Source of the DNA: a virus
Lineage: Duplodnaviria; Caudoviricetes
IMG/VR virus record: IMGVR_UViG_3300036784_000146
Location: 1 to 64,000 of that record
DNA length: 64,000 nt
Direction: 5' to 3' (one strand)
The notes under the pieces are model-generated. The model searched no databases. It was not told the DNA's origin and worked only from the letters and a program-made list of their open reading frames with translations. How positions within the stretch are numbered: the stretch's first letter is position 1; each line of letters opens with the position of its first letter. The position numbers and the translations under genes were made by a program. This document shows, one piece after another, positions 1 through 10,215 of this stretch.

Positions 1-38
1 GGGCACATCGTCGGCTGGCATGAGCCGCAAACCACCCA

Positions 39-1406
39 GTGAGCCGTCAGCGTTTTTGGAAAGTCGCCGACTCGTTGCTGCGTCGGGTCGGTCTGATGCG
101 GCGTAGCCGAGAGGTCTGGGAGTTCAGCTACTGCTCGACCGACGGGCATATCAGGGTCATGATGAGAAATGGGTATCGGATCGTCGGGTATGTGCACCCG
201 ACACCCAACGGTCCGCTCGGCAAGATCGAGCTGCCGCCCAATCCGATCTTCGATGGGCGCACGCCGTCCCTCGCCCTGCAACGCCATGGGCTGATCCGGT
301 GAGCGCATCCATTCCGGCCAATCCGTTCGCCGAGGAGCCCAACGTCATCGGGGTGCTACGCGCCCTGACGGCTGCCGCCGCGCTGTGTTGGTCCAACGAG
401 GACCTGCCTCGGCTTGGCACCTTCGACGCGGCACAGGCCGAGCAACTGGGCAACGACGCTATGGCGCGCATCGGAGAGATCCTCGGGTTGCCGGGCTGGC
501 GGGGCTCCAAGCTGATCGGGCAGGTCACCATCGGCCAAGGCATCGGGGAGCAGTAATGCCCGGCTTTCAGGAGATGGAAGAGATCCAGCGGCGGGTCCTG
601 GATCATCCGGACTATCCGCAGTTGCGCGCCGACGTGGAAGCCGCCTATCAGGATATGCAGACGGCTCACTCTCGTTTCATGGCCGCTCAGAACGCCGTCA
701 ACGAGCTGTGGCGCAGAGAGTACGCAACCTATATCGAGGAGAGAGATCAGTGAAAGAAGCACTAGAACTGGACCATCTGCGGGCCCTGCCGCTGGCCGTG
801 ATGGTCCGCACCGCCAAAGGCGAGATCCGCGCGCGCGACGAGAGCGGCTGGACCAGGATGGGCTCGGGAAGCCCGGTGTCCTGGGACGTCGATGACTTTC
901 CGGTCAAGGTGATGTGGAGCTACGCCGAGGAGGTCGGCGACCCCGGCGTCGAGGCGCTGGCCAATCTGGCCCTGGTGATGATGCGCCAGCAGTTCTCCAA
1001 CGAGCAGGCCCAACAGTTGCAGGCCGCGCGGATCACCGAGCAGTTCACCCAGCAGCAGGCCGCACAGGGTAACGGCCAGGCCCAGGTCCCTCAGCAGGTT
1101 CAGGCTCCCCCGCAGGTCCAGGTCCCTCCACAAAGCTCTGGGGGGCTACTCCCTGGGCCTATTGGTCAGGCGCCACTGCCGCCGCCGGTGCCCGAGCCCA
1201 CGCCTCCACCGCAGGGCTGAGCCGTGATCACCGCCGACGCGTTGGCCGCTTCGTTGGCGGATCATCCTTACCATCTGCCCAAGGCCGAGATCGAGCGGCT
1301 GCGTCCACATCTGGAAGCCGAGGCCGAGCGCATCAACGCCATCATGGCGAGCGACCCGCGCTTCGAGGTCCCGTTGGGTGAGGGCGACGTCTCCCTAGCA
1401 GAGTAG
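39..1406 (+). CDS. Run of five small hypothetical genes (39-302, 299-556, 556-753, 750-1220, 1224-1406)
   Basis: Mostly overlapping stop/start codons (GTGA, TAATG), with a 3-nt gap before the last gene; phage-like codon usage; 750-1220 has a Gln/Pro-rich tail. Confidence 0.65.
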
Positions 1407-1432
1407 TCACCCACGAGGTAAAGTAGATACAC

Positions 1433-1672
1433 ATGCCAAGCTTCAACGTCGAGCGCGACCTCGCCAAAGCGGTGCGCCAAGGTCTGAACAAGACCGGCAA
1501 GACCCAGCGCGAGCTGGCTGCCGGGGCCGGAACGACCACCAAGCACGTCACGATGGTGCTCAACGGCCGCTCCCACGCCAGCGTGCAGATGTGGCAGAAG
1601 CTGATCGATGCCGCCTGGGCCGGTGCCGGAGACGAGACGAACCAGCCGGAGGAGGCTCACAGTGCCGGATGA
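1433..1672 (+). CDS. XRE/Cro-type helix-turn-helix DNA-binding protein
   Basis: TQRELAAGAGTTTKHVTMVLNGRSHAS HTH signature, 79 aa. Confidence 0.85.
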   Translation: MPSFNVERDLAKAVRQGLNKTGKTQRELAAGAGTTTKHVTMVLNGRSHASVQMWQKLIDAAWAGAGDETNQPEEAHSAG

Positions 1673-1720
1673 ACCCCGTCCCGTCGTGCAGGGGCTGCGC
1701 TATACCGCCGGTGGTCCCCA

Positions 1721-2029
1721 ATGAGCCTCGATGATTTGCCCACCGAGTTGCAGGACTCGATCCGTTCCGTCGAGCAGTGCACTGGCTTCAAGGTCAACGT
1801 CGAGCCGGTATTCGAGCGCTCGAAGGTCGCCTACTACGACCCTTCGCTGAAAAAGATCGGCCTCCGCGAGGTGGCTGAGGCTTACGGGGTGGCGCCTTGG
1901 TGGATCGATGCCAGGTACGACACTCCCAAGGAACGGTTGCGCTGGCGGCTACGCCCGCTGCGGGTGGCCTGGCGCTGGCTGAAGAGGAGGCTGCGTGGGC
2001 GCTCTCGAAGACGCGCTGATCGAGGCTAA
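1721..2029 (+). CDS. Hypothetical protein
   Basis: ORF in operon orientation. Confidence 0.55.
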   Translation: MSLDDLPTELQDSIRSVEQCTGFKVNVEPVFERSKVAYYDPSLKKIGLREVAEAYGVAPWWIDARYDTPKERLRWRLRPLRVAWRWLKRRLRGRSRRRADRG

Positions 2030-2624
2030 TGTCGGCTGGTCCTATGACGGGCGTGCCAGCTGCTATGTGCCTTACACCAGCCTGGGTAACGCCACCCGGA
2101 TGTTTTTGGCGTCCCCGCAGACCATGCCGGTGCCGGTGACCATGGTCGACGTCAGCCGCGACGAGCGCGACTACCACCAGTATCTGGCCACCGCGTGGAG
2201 CCACGGCGGGACCTTCATCAACTTCGAGCACGACATCGTGCCCTGGCCCGGTGCGATCCAGTCGCTATTGGACTGCCCGCATCCCTGGTGCTTCTTCGGT
2301 TACCAGGACCAGCTCAAGGACACAGTCGCCGAAGCCGGGTGCGCGATGTTCGGGTTGGTGCGCTTCCGCAGGCAGATCATCGAGGGCCTGTTGGGAGCGT
2401 GGAGTTGCCCGCCGTTGCATTGGCGCCAGTGCGACATCCACTTCTACGACTACGCCACCAAAAACGGCTGGCGGCCGCACCAGCATCTGCCGTCGGTGTT
2501 CAACGCCAACCTGCGGATCCTGAACGAGCATCAGGCGCCGTATCTGCCTCAGCACGAATGGCGTACCCTATCCGTTGAGCCCGTGCGGGTCGGTTTGGCC
2601 TTCGGCGATGTTGGGGTCGTGTAG
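1995..2624 (+). CDS. GT-A-fold glycosyltransferase-like protein
   Basis: FINFEHDIVP (DxD-like motif after a hydrophobic strand), FGLVRF, W..CD, late His. Confidence 0.6.
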   Translation: MGALEDALIEANVGWSYDGRASCYVPYTSLGNATRMFLASPQTMPVPVTMVDVSRDERDYHQYLATAWSHGGTFINFEHDIVPWPGAIQSLLDCPHPWCFFGYQDQLKDTVAEAGCAMFGLVRFRRQIIEGLLGAWSCPPLHWRQCDIHFYDYATKNGWRPHQHLPSVFNANLRILNEHQAPYLPQHEWRTLSVEPVRVGLAFGDVGVV

Positions 2625-3080
2625 CCGGTCACCGAAGACGTCGGCGGGCAGCGACGGGATGCCCAGCTCTTCAAAGCGCTCGCAATTGTTCTCGATCCAC
2701 TCTTCGAGGACCTCCGCGCGTCGGGTCAGCCGCCTGATGGTGCGGGCCTGGATGTCGATCTCGTTGTTCTTGGCCTGCAGCTGCGCGCGGTATCGTTCTG
2801 CCTGGCGTTCGGCTTCATCGAGTTTTTCTTCGGCGGTGGTCAGTTCTCCTTTGACGCGGGAGAGTTCGGCGTTCACCCGGGCGATCACCAAATCTGAGGT
2901 CTCCTCGGCTATCTTGCGCTTTTCGGTCGCGATCTTCTCGGCTGTTGCCTCGGCTACGGTGCGGTCGGCTCTGCGGTCCACTTTGTCCTTGCCGGATCGT
3001 ACGGTGGTGAAGACGGTGCCTGCCACCGTGGCGGTGCCCCCGATGGCACTGACCACCGCAGCGATGACGTTAGCGTCCAT
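2568..3080 (-). CDS. Single-TM plus coiled-coil membrane protein (lysis-accessory-like)
   Basis: N-terminal hydrophobic helix followed by a long heptad-rich helix. Confidence 0.7.
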   Translation of the reverse strand: MDANVIAAVVSAIGGTATVAGTVFTTVRSGKDKVDRRADRTVAEATAEKIATEKRKIAEETSDLVIARVNAELSRVKGELTTAEEKLDEAERQAERYRAQLQAKNNEIDIQARTIRRLTRRAEVLEEWIENNCERFEELGIPSLPADVFGDRLHDPNIAEGQTDPHGLNG

Positions 3081-3996
3081 GCTCGGGGTGCAGTGGCACG
3101 ACTTCTTCCCCGCCCGCTGCTGGACGTTCGTTGATCAGGGCCTTGCGCATCTTATTCTCCATCCCGGGCTTGCCCTTCCACTTAGCGTATTTAAGGATCG
3201 CGATCTGGATGGCCCGATGCAGGGTACCGAACAGAAATGCCTCGACGAGGGCGAAGCCCAGAGTGGTTCCGGCCAGCACGCTGTGGTGGATGGTCTCGGC
3301 ACCGTACCAGGCCAGGGTGGCCGTCAAGGAGCAGGCGCCGCACAGTTCCAGGTTCATGCCCAGGTCCTTGTTGCGCAGGTGCAGCCCGAACATCACCACC
3401 GCGCCGCCCATGAAGTTGATCAGTGCCAGCTGTACGGCTACGGGGCGCTCTACTTCGGTGAAGACGCTGGATGGCACGACGCCGATGATGATCTGGGCGA
3501 TCGAGGCTGTCATCAGGAAGGTGGTGGCCCACAGTTGGTAGGGGTTGGAGGCCCAGCGTTTGCCGGTGAAAGCGTTGGCGTAGGTGATTGCGCGCGCGGT
3601 GTAGATCACGCAGATGAAGGCCATGACCAGCGGCCACAGCGCGGTGATCCGGGTGGGCATCACGTAGACCATGCGGGTCATGGCCATCGCCATAGCCAGC
3701 GCCCAGGCCCCGCACATGGTGGCTCCGGTGATGACGATGGCTCCCCGGTGCTGGTATTTGTCGCTGAGGATCAGCTCGCCGATCATGTAGATGGTGACTG
3801 CAACCGCGAGGGTTCCGGACCACGAGTACTGCATGAACGGCACCTTGCGGACCACGTTGAAGACCGGGTCGTCCCATCCGGCGGGGTCGAGCGCCGTGGC
3901 CATTGCGACCGTGTAGCCGAAGACGATCAGCAGCCAAGAGAACGCCTTGTCGGCGCTGCGCAGCGTGTCTTCGGGCAGTCTGTTCAGGATGCCCAC
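3070..3996 (-). CDS. Polytopic membrane protein (~8 TM, apparently two 4-TM halves)
   Basis: Alternating hydrophobic segments; RBS and an AAAGGGT motif upstream on the minus strand. Confidence 0.75.
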   Translation of the reverse strand: MGILNRLPEDTLRSADKAFSWLLIVFGYTVAMATALDPAGWDDPVFNVVRKVPFMQYSWSGTLAVAVTIYMIGELILSDKYQHRGAIVITGATMCGAWALAMAMAMTRMVYVMPTRITALWPLVMAFICVIYTARAITYANAFTGKRWASNPYQLWATTFLMTASIAQIIIGVVPSSVFTEVERPVAVQLALINFMGGAVVMFGLHLRNKDLGMNLELCGACSLTATLAWYGAETIHHSVLAGTTLGFALVEAFLFGTLHRAIQIAILKYAKWKGKPGMENKMRKALINERPAAGGEEVVPLHPEHGR

Positions 3997-4158
3997 AATT
4001 CCCCACCTTCGTCGTCTCGTCGTCGTCGTGTCCTTCCACCCTTTAGGGCCCGGCCGAGTAACCTATCCAGTGCACCTACGCCTCCCTCTCGCGGTTTTCC
4101 TCTAAAATTGCTACAATCGTAGGGAGTATCCGCAGGGCAACGACAAGGAGACACACAC

Positions 4159-5037
4159 ATGCCCCGTATCAAGGATGCCGCGTTCCTCTTCGGGGGCGCG
4201 GTCGTTGTATTCGCCATCAGCTACCTGTTCGTCGGGTCGTTCGTCGTCGCGTTGGCGGCTCACTTATGAGCCCGCTACGCAGCAAGCGCGAGCAGGCGTG
4301 GCGCAACCTGGAATCCGGCGGTGGCCGCCACGAGCTGCCCGACAGCGAGCCCCCGGCGCCTGAGGGGTCGCTGTGGTTCTTCGACAACGAGGGGGGCTAC
4401 TTCACCACCACCGTCGAGGCCATCAAAGGGGCTTCGTGAGCCCCGCACAGCTCACCCCCAAGCCCGACTGGCATACCGAGCTGGTCAACGAGTCGCTGCG
4501 CTGCGAGAACAAGTCGCTCAACGCCATCCCGGGTATCCCGGGTAACGGCCACGAGTACGTGCGGCTGCGCGAGCTGTCGGAGGAGGCCGCCTCGGAGCGC
4601 GACGTGATCGAGGCGTTCAACCTCTTTCTCAAGCGCTGGGTGCATCCCGATTGGTGGGGGCACATCATGGACGACGACGACAACGACGCCGAGTATGTGC
4701 GCCGGGCCATCAGGCTGGCTGTCCAGGGGGGATCATGAGCAAGCACGCCATGAGGCGGGTGAAGATCAGCGAGCTGACCGAACCCAGGAATGGGCTGTTC
4801 AGCGTCTATGTCGACTGGTGGTGGGCGGTGTCGACCGACGACGAGGTGTATTTCTTCGGCACCGAGCGCAGCCCGTGGTCCTCGCCGCAGTGTAACCCCA
4901 ACGAGAACGTCGCGCGGCGGGTGCACGAAGACCTCTCTCACAGCAGCGACAGACCAGCGCGCTACGAGAACTTCAAGGAGACCCGTCAGATCCCGGTGGT
5001 GTTCGTCCCGGCCAACATCAACGACTACGTTGGTTGA
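4159..5037 (+). CDS. Four small genes (4159-4269 membrane peptide, 4266-4439, 4436-4738, 4735-5037)
   Basis: AAGGAGACACACAC-ATG at 4145-4161; ATGA/GTGA overlaps; TGnTACAAT -10 at ~4109-4117. Confidence 0.6.
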
Positions 5038-5770
5038 CGCCGCGATCATCACCCACCCGAGCCGTCACGAGATAGCTCGGGAGCTGGCCGGGCTGGTGGG
5101 TGGCACGGTCATCATGGACAAGGCTGGCCAGGGCGCCGAGTTCACCCACTCCGAGGCGTTGAGCTACCTTCTGTGCTGCACCGATACCATGCGCCGCACC
5201 AAAGGTCGAGGCTGGTTCCTGGTCCTTGAGGATGACGCGTGGATCCGCGAGGACTTTCTCGACCAGCTCGATCAGGTGATCGCGGTGGCCCCGGCCGACA
5301 TCATCGGGCTTTACCTGGGCACTGGCTATCCCCGACAGTGGCAGCCCGTCTTGCGCCGCACCGTGGGATCCCTCGACGAGGACTCCTGCTTCCTGATGCT
5401 GCCCGAGATGTTGAACATGGTGGGCTACGTGGTGCGAGCCGAGCTGGCCGAGGAGATGTCGGAAATCCTGATGCGCGACCGCCTCACCATGTGTGCCGAC
5501 CAGATCGTGACTGCGTTCATTCGGGAGCGCGAGATACGGGTGGCCTACACGCGCCCGTCGATCGTGGACCACCGCCAGGACATCGATCCGGTGATCACCA
5601 CCCGTCACGATGGCCAAGATCGATCCCTCGCTCGTCGGGCCTGGAAGTTCGGAAGCCGCAAGTATTGGCAGAATACCGCCGTCGCGGTCGCTGCGCCCAA
5701 AGTTGTGCGTGTCGACGAACGGGGTACTTGGTATGAGACTGAAGAGGGAGGGACCTTCAATGTTGGGTAG
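5030..5770 (+). CDS. Glycosyltransferase (GT25-like)
   Basis: FLVLEDDA motif, LYLG, PSIVDH; TTG start overlapping the previous stop. Confidence 0.7.
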   Translation: MVDAAIITHPSRHEIARELAGLVGGTVIMDKAGQGAEFTHSEALSYLLCCTDTMRRTKGRGWFLVLEDDAWIREDFLDQLDQVIAVAPADIIGLYLGTGYPRQWQPVLRRTVGSLDEDSCFLMLPEMLNMVGYVVRAELAEEMSEILMRDRLTMCADQIVTAFIREREIRVAYTRPSIVDHRQDIDPVITTRHDGQDRSLARRAWKFGSRKYWQNTAVAVAAPKVVRVDERGTWYETEEGGTFNVG

Positions 5771-6776
5771 CGCCGTCGGAGTGGCCGAATCGATCAGGGT
5801 TTACTACAAGCCCCCGAGTGAGCGGCCCGACATGCACGTCCTCGAAATTGAGTGGGTAGACCCCAGCCATCAGGTGCATAACAGCCGAGTGGTCTGCCAT
5901 ACCGAGCACTTGCGTGCTCCGACGCGATCCGCCTACCTAGCCGGAGAGACCATCCCCGGAGTCGGTCAGGTGCTCTTGGACTGTCCGGTGCTCAAGGAGC
6001 CCACCGACGAGCCGAAGTTCAACGCCCGACTGCTGCGTGGCGTGAACGATACGATCGACATCCCGGTCCTCGTTGAGGTCGACGAAGAAGACTTCGATTT
6101 CGATGAGTGCTGAGGCCGATTGGATCCGCACCGAGCTGGTCAACCTTTGGTACGACCTGATCCGCGAGGAACGTCTCTCGCTGGTGCCGCGCAGCAGCGG
6201 CAAGTGGTCGATGAAGATGGAGGGCGTCGGCGAGCGCATCAAGGGCGCCACCCAGCTCGTCGGCCCGGCCAACTGGCGGGACATCCCGGCCCTGAAGATC
6301 CTCGACGGCTGGTTCAAGCGAACGAACAAGGTCCTGGGGATCGAGGCGAATCTGCCCACCGAGGAAGAGCTGACCGAGCTGCGCGACAGAATCGGCACCC
6401 CGTGAATTGAGTGTCTCCGCACCTAGAAAGGGTGAAGGAGGCGAAATGTCCGAGTGGGTCATCGTGGGGCTCTGCGGGACCGGGATGGTCGGAACAATCG
6501 CATTCGGCCTATGGGTGGTATGGCACTATGCCTTCTGACAATGTGCGTTGTCAACGGTGCAACCATTCGTTTTCCAACCACCGCAAGAGTTGCCGCTGGC
6601 GCAAGGTGCACTGGGACCGCGAGGCCAACGACTGGGGTGCCGAGGAGATTTGCGACTGCAAGGCCTACGTGGGCCTGGATCCCAAGACCCTCAACGAGTG
6701 CCCGCACGAGACGCTGCTTATTGACCCCTTTACCTGCGTGCACTGCAACAAGAGCATTCCCGTGCAGAAGAGGTGA
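5760..6776 (+). CDS. Small hypothetical genes (5760-6113, 6103-6405, 6446-6538 membrane peptide, 6528-6776 Cys-rich)
   Basis: RBS and overlaps; CxxC motifs in the last gene. Confidence 0.6.
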
Positions 6777-6788
6777 GAGAGGTGAGCA

Positions 6789-7196
6789 ATGACCGAGGTT
6801 GCGATAACCAGCTACACGTTCAATCCGACGACGGGCAAGATCACGTTCAGCGCGATGACCGTGGTGGATCCGAACCGGGTGGCGGCGATTTACGACCAGA
6901 GCCTCCCTATCGAGGGCCAGGAGTTCGGTACGGTGTTATACCTGGCCGACGACCAGTTGAGTGCGACTGCGACCGGCAATGTTTTGAGCATTCCGCTAGA
7001 CCGGATCCCGCCGCAGGCGAGTAGCACCGACACGCTGAAGATCAGCTACAACGTCGACCCACCCGAGGGCGTGCAGCTGCTGAAGGTGGCCAACGTCGGC
7101 GCGTTGCCAGGCACCGGCGCGTCGGGATTCCTGTACCTGGCTCTGGCGACCGGGCAGCTCTACGACTGGAACGGCACCGCTTTCGTAGCGGTGTAG
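6789..7196 (+). CDS. Putative structural protein
   Basis: Beta-rich, YTFNP start, LYLALATGQLYDWNGTAFV fibre-type C-terminus; GAGGTG RBS. Confidence 0.6.
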   Translation: MTEVAITSYTFNPTTGKITFSAMTVVDPNRVAAIYDQSLPIEGQEFGTVLYLADDQLSATATGNVLSIPLDRIPPQASSTDTLKISYNVDPPEGVQLLKVANVGALPGTGASGFLYLALATGQLYDWNGTAFVAV

Positions 7197-7272
7197 GGCC
7201 CTGTCAGCGCCCGGCCGTGCGGCATTAAAGGGTAGAGGATCCGTCGGCGCCGGGAGGAGCTGTGTCTAACTC

Positions 7273-10215
7273 ATGACTAGCCCGTTGCCCCGTTTCAACC
7301 TCACCTTCAACCTCGCGCGCGCGGTCAATATCGTCGACGGCGTCCAGGTTGCCCAGACCATCGAGATCGCGATCACCCCGCTGGCCACTCCCAGCACTCC
7401 GGGTTCGGACCTCACGCTGGTCGGTGGGACCCAGGAACAGACCGTCCTGCTCAACAACACCACCAACACCGCCGTCTTCGCGATAGTGCCGTCCAACGCA
7501 CCGGGGCTGACCGAGCCGATGAACTACCTGTGCGCGATGCGCCAGGGCGGGGTGACCGGCGCGATCAACGAGACCACGTTCTCGATGCCCAACCAGGACA
7601 CCGCCTGGGAAGATCTCGGGAACCTGGGTGACTTGATCAGCGGTACCATCTTCCTAGCCTGGACCGACTTGGGTGTGGCCGGGCGGGTGGCCAAGCTCAA
7701 CGACTCTGGGATCCCGGTCGACTCCAACGGCGATCCCGTCGCGATGCCCACCGACGTCTCCACAGTCAACGACGCTCTGGTCTCCGAGACCGAAGCCCGT
7801 ATCGCCGGGGACGCTTCGGTTACCTCCGCGATGACGTCGGCGATTACTACTCAGGCCGCCACCACGCTGAGTTCAGCTAAGAGCTACACCGACACGCAGG
7901 TCGAGACGCTCAATGCGTCGATCGGCAACGAGGCGGGGGCCCGGGCGAACGCGATCACCGCGCTGACGAACACGCTGACCGCCGACGACACCGCCCTGCA
8001 GGGCCAGATCACCACCAACACCAACGCGATCACCGCGATCGACACCACGCTTACCCACAAGGCCGATCTCGACTCCAACGGCTACGTGCCGGTCAACCAG
8101 ACCAACCCGGCGGTGATCACCAGCTGGATCCCGGTGGCCAACCAAGCCGCCATGCTGGCGCTGACCTATCCGACGCAGGTGCAGGTCGGCGACGTCGCCT
8201 ACACCGCGACCGCGATGTATGTGCTGCTGACCACCGACCCGACGCAGCTGGCCAACTGGCGCAACATCACCCCGGTCGACAGCGTCAATGGCAAGACCGG
8301 CGTGGTGGCCCTCACCGCCGCCGACGTGGGGGCTGTCGATGCTTCCACTGGTACGGTCTCGATCTCTCAAGTCACCGGTCTGTCGACCGCGCTGACCGGC
8401 AAAGCCGCCCAGTCCGACATGGCGGCCGCGCAGGCCGCGATTGCTGCCATCCAGAACGACACCACCTACGTGCACACCGCCAGCGGAGTGATCGCCGACT
8501 CGGTGATGCCCGTCGACGCGGCGTTCATCAACTCCTCCAACAACCTGACCAAGAAGGACGGCACGGTCATCCCGATCGGGTCGCTGTCCGGGGTGTCCAG
8601 CGTCAATGGCAACACCGGCGTCGTCACGATCACCCCGGCCAACATCGGGGCCCTAGCCACCAACGGCACCATTACCGAGTCCCAGGTCACCGGACTATCC
8701 ACCGACCTGGCCAACAGGCTGCTGACCACAGACGCCAGCGTGACTAACGCGCGTACCCCAACTGCGCACGCGGCCAGCCACGCCTCCGGTGGCTCCGACG
8801 CGGTTACCCTCAGCGTGGGGCAGATTACCGGCCTGTCGACGACGCTGGCGGGCAAGGCCGCCCAGTCGGACATGGTCACCGCGCAGTCCAATATCGCCAG
8901 CCTGCAGAGCACCGTGACTGCCAAGGCCGACCTGACCGGTCCGGGCAACACGGTCCCGGTGGGCGAGATCCCGACGTTCACCGGCTCGGCCAAGCTCAGC
9001 GACTGGGGCACCAAGGCAGACCTGGTCTCGGGCACCGTCCCGCTGAGCCAGACGTCCCAAGTTATCCCACAGGGCTATATCTCGGGGCTGAACACCACGC
9101 TGGCGGGCAAGGCCGACCTGAGTGGGCCCGGGGGCACCGTCAACCCCGCCCAGCTGCCGACGAGCGCGCTGAGCGCCACCTTCGAGGTCGGCAGCCAGGC
9201 CGCCATGTTGGCTCTGGCCGCCCATCAGGGCGACATCTGCGTCATCACTACCGGCGCCAACGTCGGCACCTACCGGCTGGCGACCACCGACCCTACTCAG
9301 CTGGCCAACTGGATTCTGCTGCAGTTCCCCAGCTCGGTCACCTCGGTCAACACCCACACCGGTGCAGTGACACTGACGGCCGCCGACGTCGGCGCGGTGG
9401 ATGCCTCCACCGGCACGGTCAGTATCTCTCAGGTGACCGGCCTGTCCACCCAGCTCGGTTTGCTCGCCACCACGTCGGCGCTCAACAGCGCGGTGGCTGG
9501 ATTGACCACACCGGCCCAGGTGCAGACACAGCTGGCGTCGTCGACACCCAACAAGCAGACCGCCAACTACGTCGCGACGAGCGCCATCGCCAGCCTCGCC
9601 GGTCAGCAGTCGGTCGACGGTGTGCTCACCCCGATCGGCTCGGTCGTGCTCGCGACAGCGCAGCCCAGCTCGGTCAACAACGGCCTGTGGTTGGTCAACT
9701 CCGGGGCCTGGACGCGCACCTCCGACTTCACCACGGGGTCCTGGTTGGTGAAGGGCACCTACGTGGTGGTCACCCAGGGCACCACCAAAGCCGAGACGCT
9801 GTGGCAGAATACCGCGACCAGCGGCGTCATCGACACCAACGTCAACAACTGGTCCATGGTCGGCAGCCTGGGCTCGGCGCTGAACTACACCGCCATCAAC
9901 GGCGTGAAGCTGACCGGCACCCAGTTCGCCGGTCAGGCCGTCGCCGGTGGCGGCGTGCAGGTGGCTTCCGGCGGCTTCTCGATCGATCCGGCGGTGGGCG
10001 TGCGCAAGGCCGTCGGCACCGTGCCGTCCACCGGCTCGACGATCGTGCAGATCACCCACAACCTCAACAACCTGGCGCCCTGGCCCGTTATCGTCGACAC
10101 TGCGTCGGGCAACATCGTCGACTTGGGCTGCACGGTGATCAACGCCAACATCGTCTCGTGCGAGTTCGCGAGTCCGCCCGCGTCCGGCCAGTACCGCTAC
10201 ATGATCGTGGGGTGA
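7273..10215 (+). CDS. Long fibre / minor structural protein with internal repeats
   Basis: Repeated SVNGxTGxVxLTAADVGA, ISQVTGLSTxLxGKA and KADL motifs; the TTDPTQLANW...DASTGTVSISQVTGLST block occurs twice (~8230 and ~9283). Confidence 0.85.
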   Translation: MTSPLPRFNLTFNLARAVNIVDGVQVAQTIEIAITPLATPSTPGSDLTLVGGTQEQTVLLNNTTNTAVFAIVPSNAPGLTEPMNYLCAMRQGGVTGAINETTFSMPNQDTAWEDLGNLGDLISGTIFLAWTDLGVAGRVAKLNDSGIPVDSNGDPVAMPTDVSTVNDALVSETEARIAGDASVTSAMTSAITTQAATTLSSAKSYTDTQVETLNASIGNEAGARANAITALTNTLTADDTALQGQITTNTNAITAIDTTLTHKADLDSNGYVPVNQTNPAVITSWIPVANQAAMLALTYPTQVQVGDVAYTATAMYVLLTTDPTQLANWRNITPVDSVNGKTGVVALTAADVGAVDASTGTVSISQVTGLSTALTGKAAQSDMAAAQAAIAAIQNDTTYVHTASGVIADSVMPVDAAFINSSNNLTKKDGTVIPIGSLSGVSSVNGNTGVVTITPANIGALATNGTITESQVTGLSTDLANRLLTTDASVTNARTPTAHAASHASGGSDAVTLSVGQITGLSTTLAGKAAQSDMVTAQSNIASLQSTVTAKADLTGPGNTVPVGEIPTFTGSAKLSDWGTKADLVSGTVPLSQTSQVIPQGYISGLNTTLAGKADLSGPGGTVNPAQLPTSALSATFEVGSQAAMLALAAHQGDICVITTGANVGTYRLATTDPTQLANWILLQFPSSVTSVNTHTGAVTLTAADVGAVDASTGTVSISQVTGLSTQLGLLATTSALNSAVAGLTTPAQVQTQLASSTPNKQTANYVATSAIASLAGQQSVDGVLTPIGSVVLATAQPSSVNNGLWLVNSGAWTRTSDFTTGSWLVKGTYVVVTQGTTKAETLWQNTATSGVIDTNVNNWSMVGSLGSALNYTAINGVKLTGTQFAGQAVAGGGVQVASGGFSIDPAVGVRKAVGTVPSTGSTIVQITHNLNNLAPWPVIVDTASGNIVDLGCTVINANIVSCEFASPPASGQYRYMIVG

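Noticed and set aside
2575-4122. 515-aa plus-strand ORF
   Set aside because: Antisense shadow of the two minus-strand membrane genes; implausible composition
9687-10211. Track start of the 637-aa ORF
   Set aside because: Overlaps the fibre gene out of frame; the real start is the GTG at 10212 or 10218
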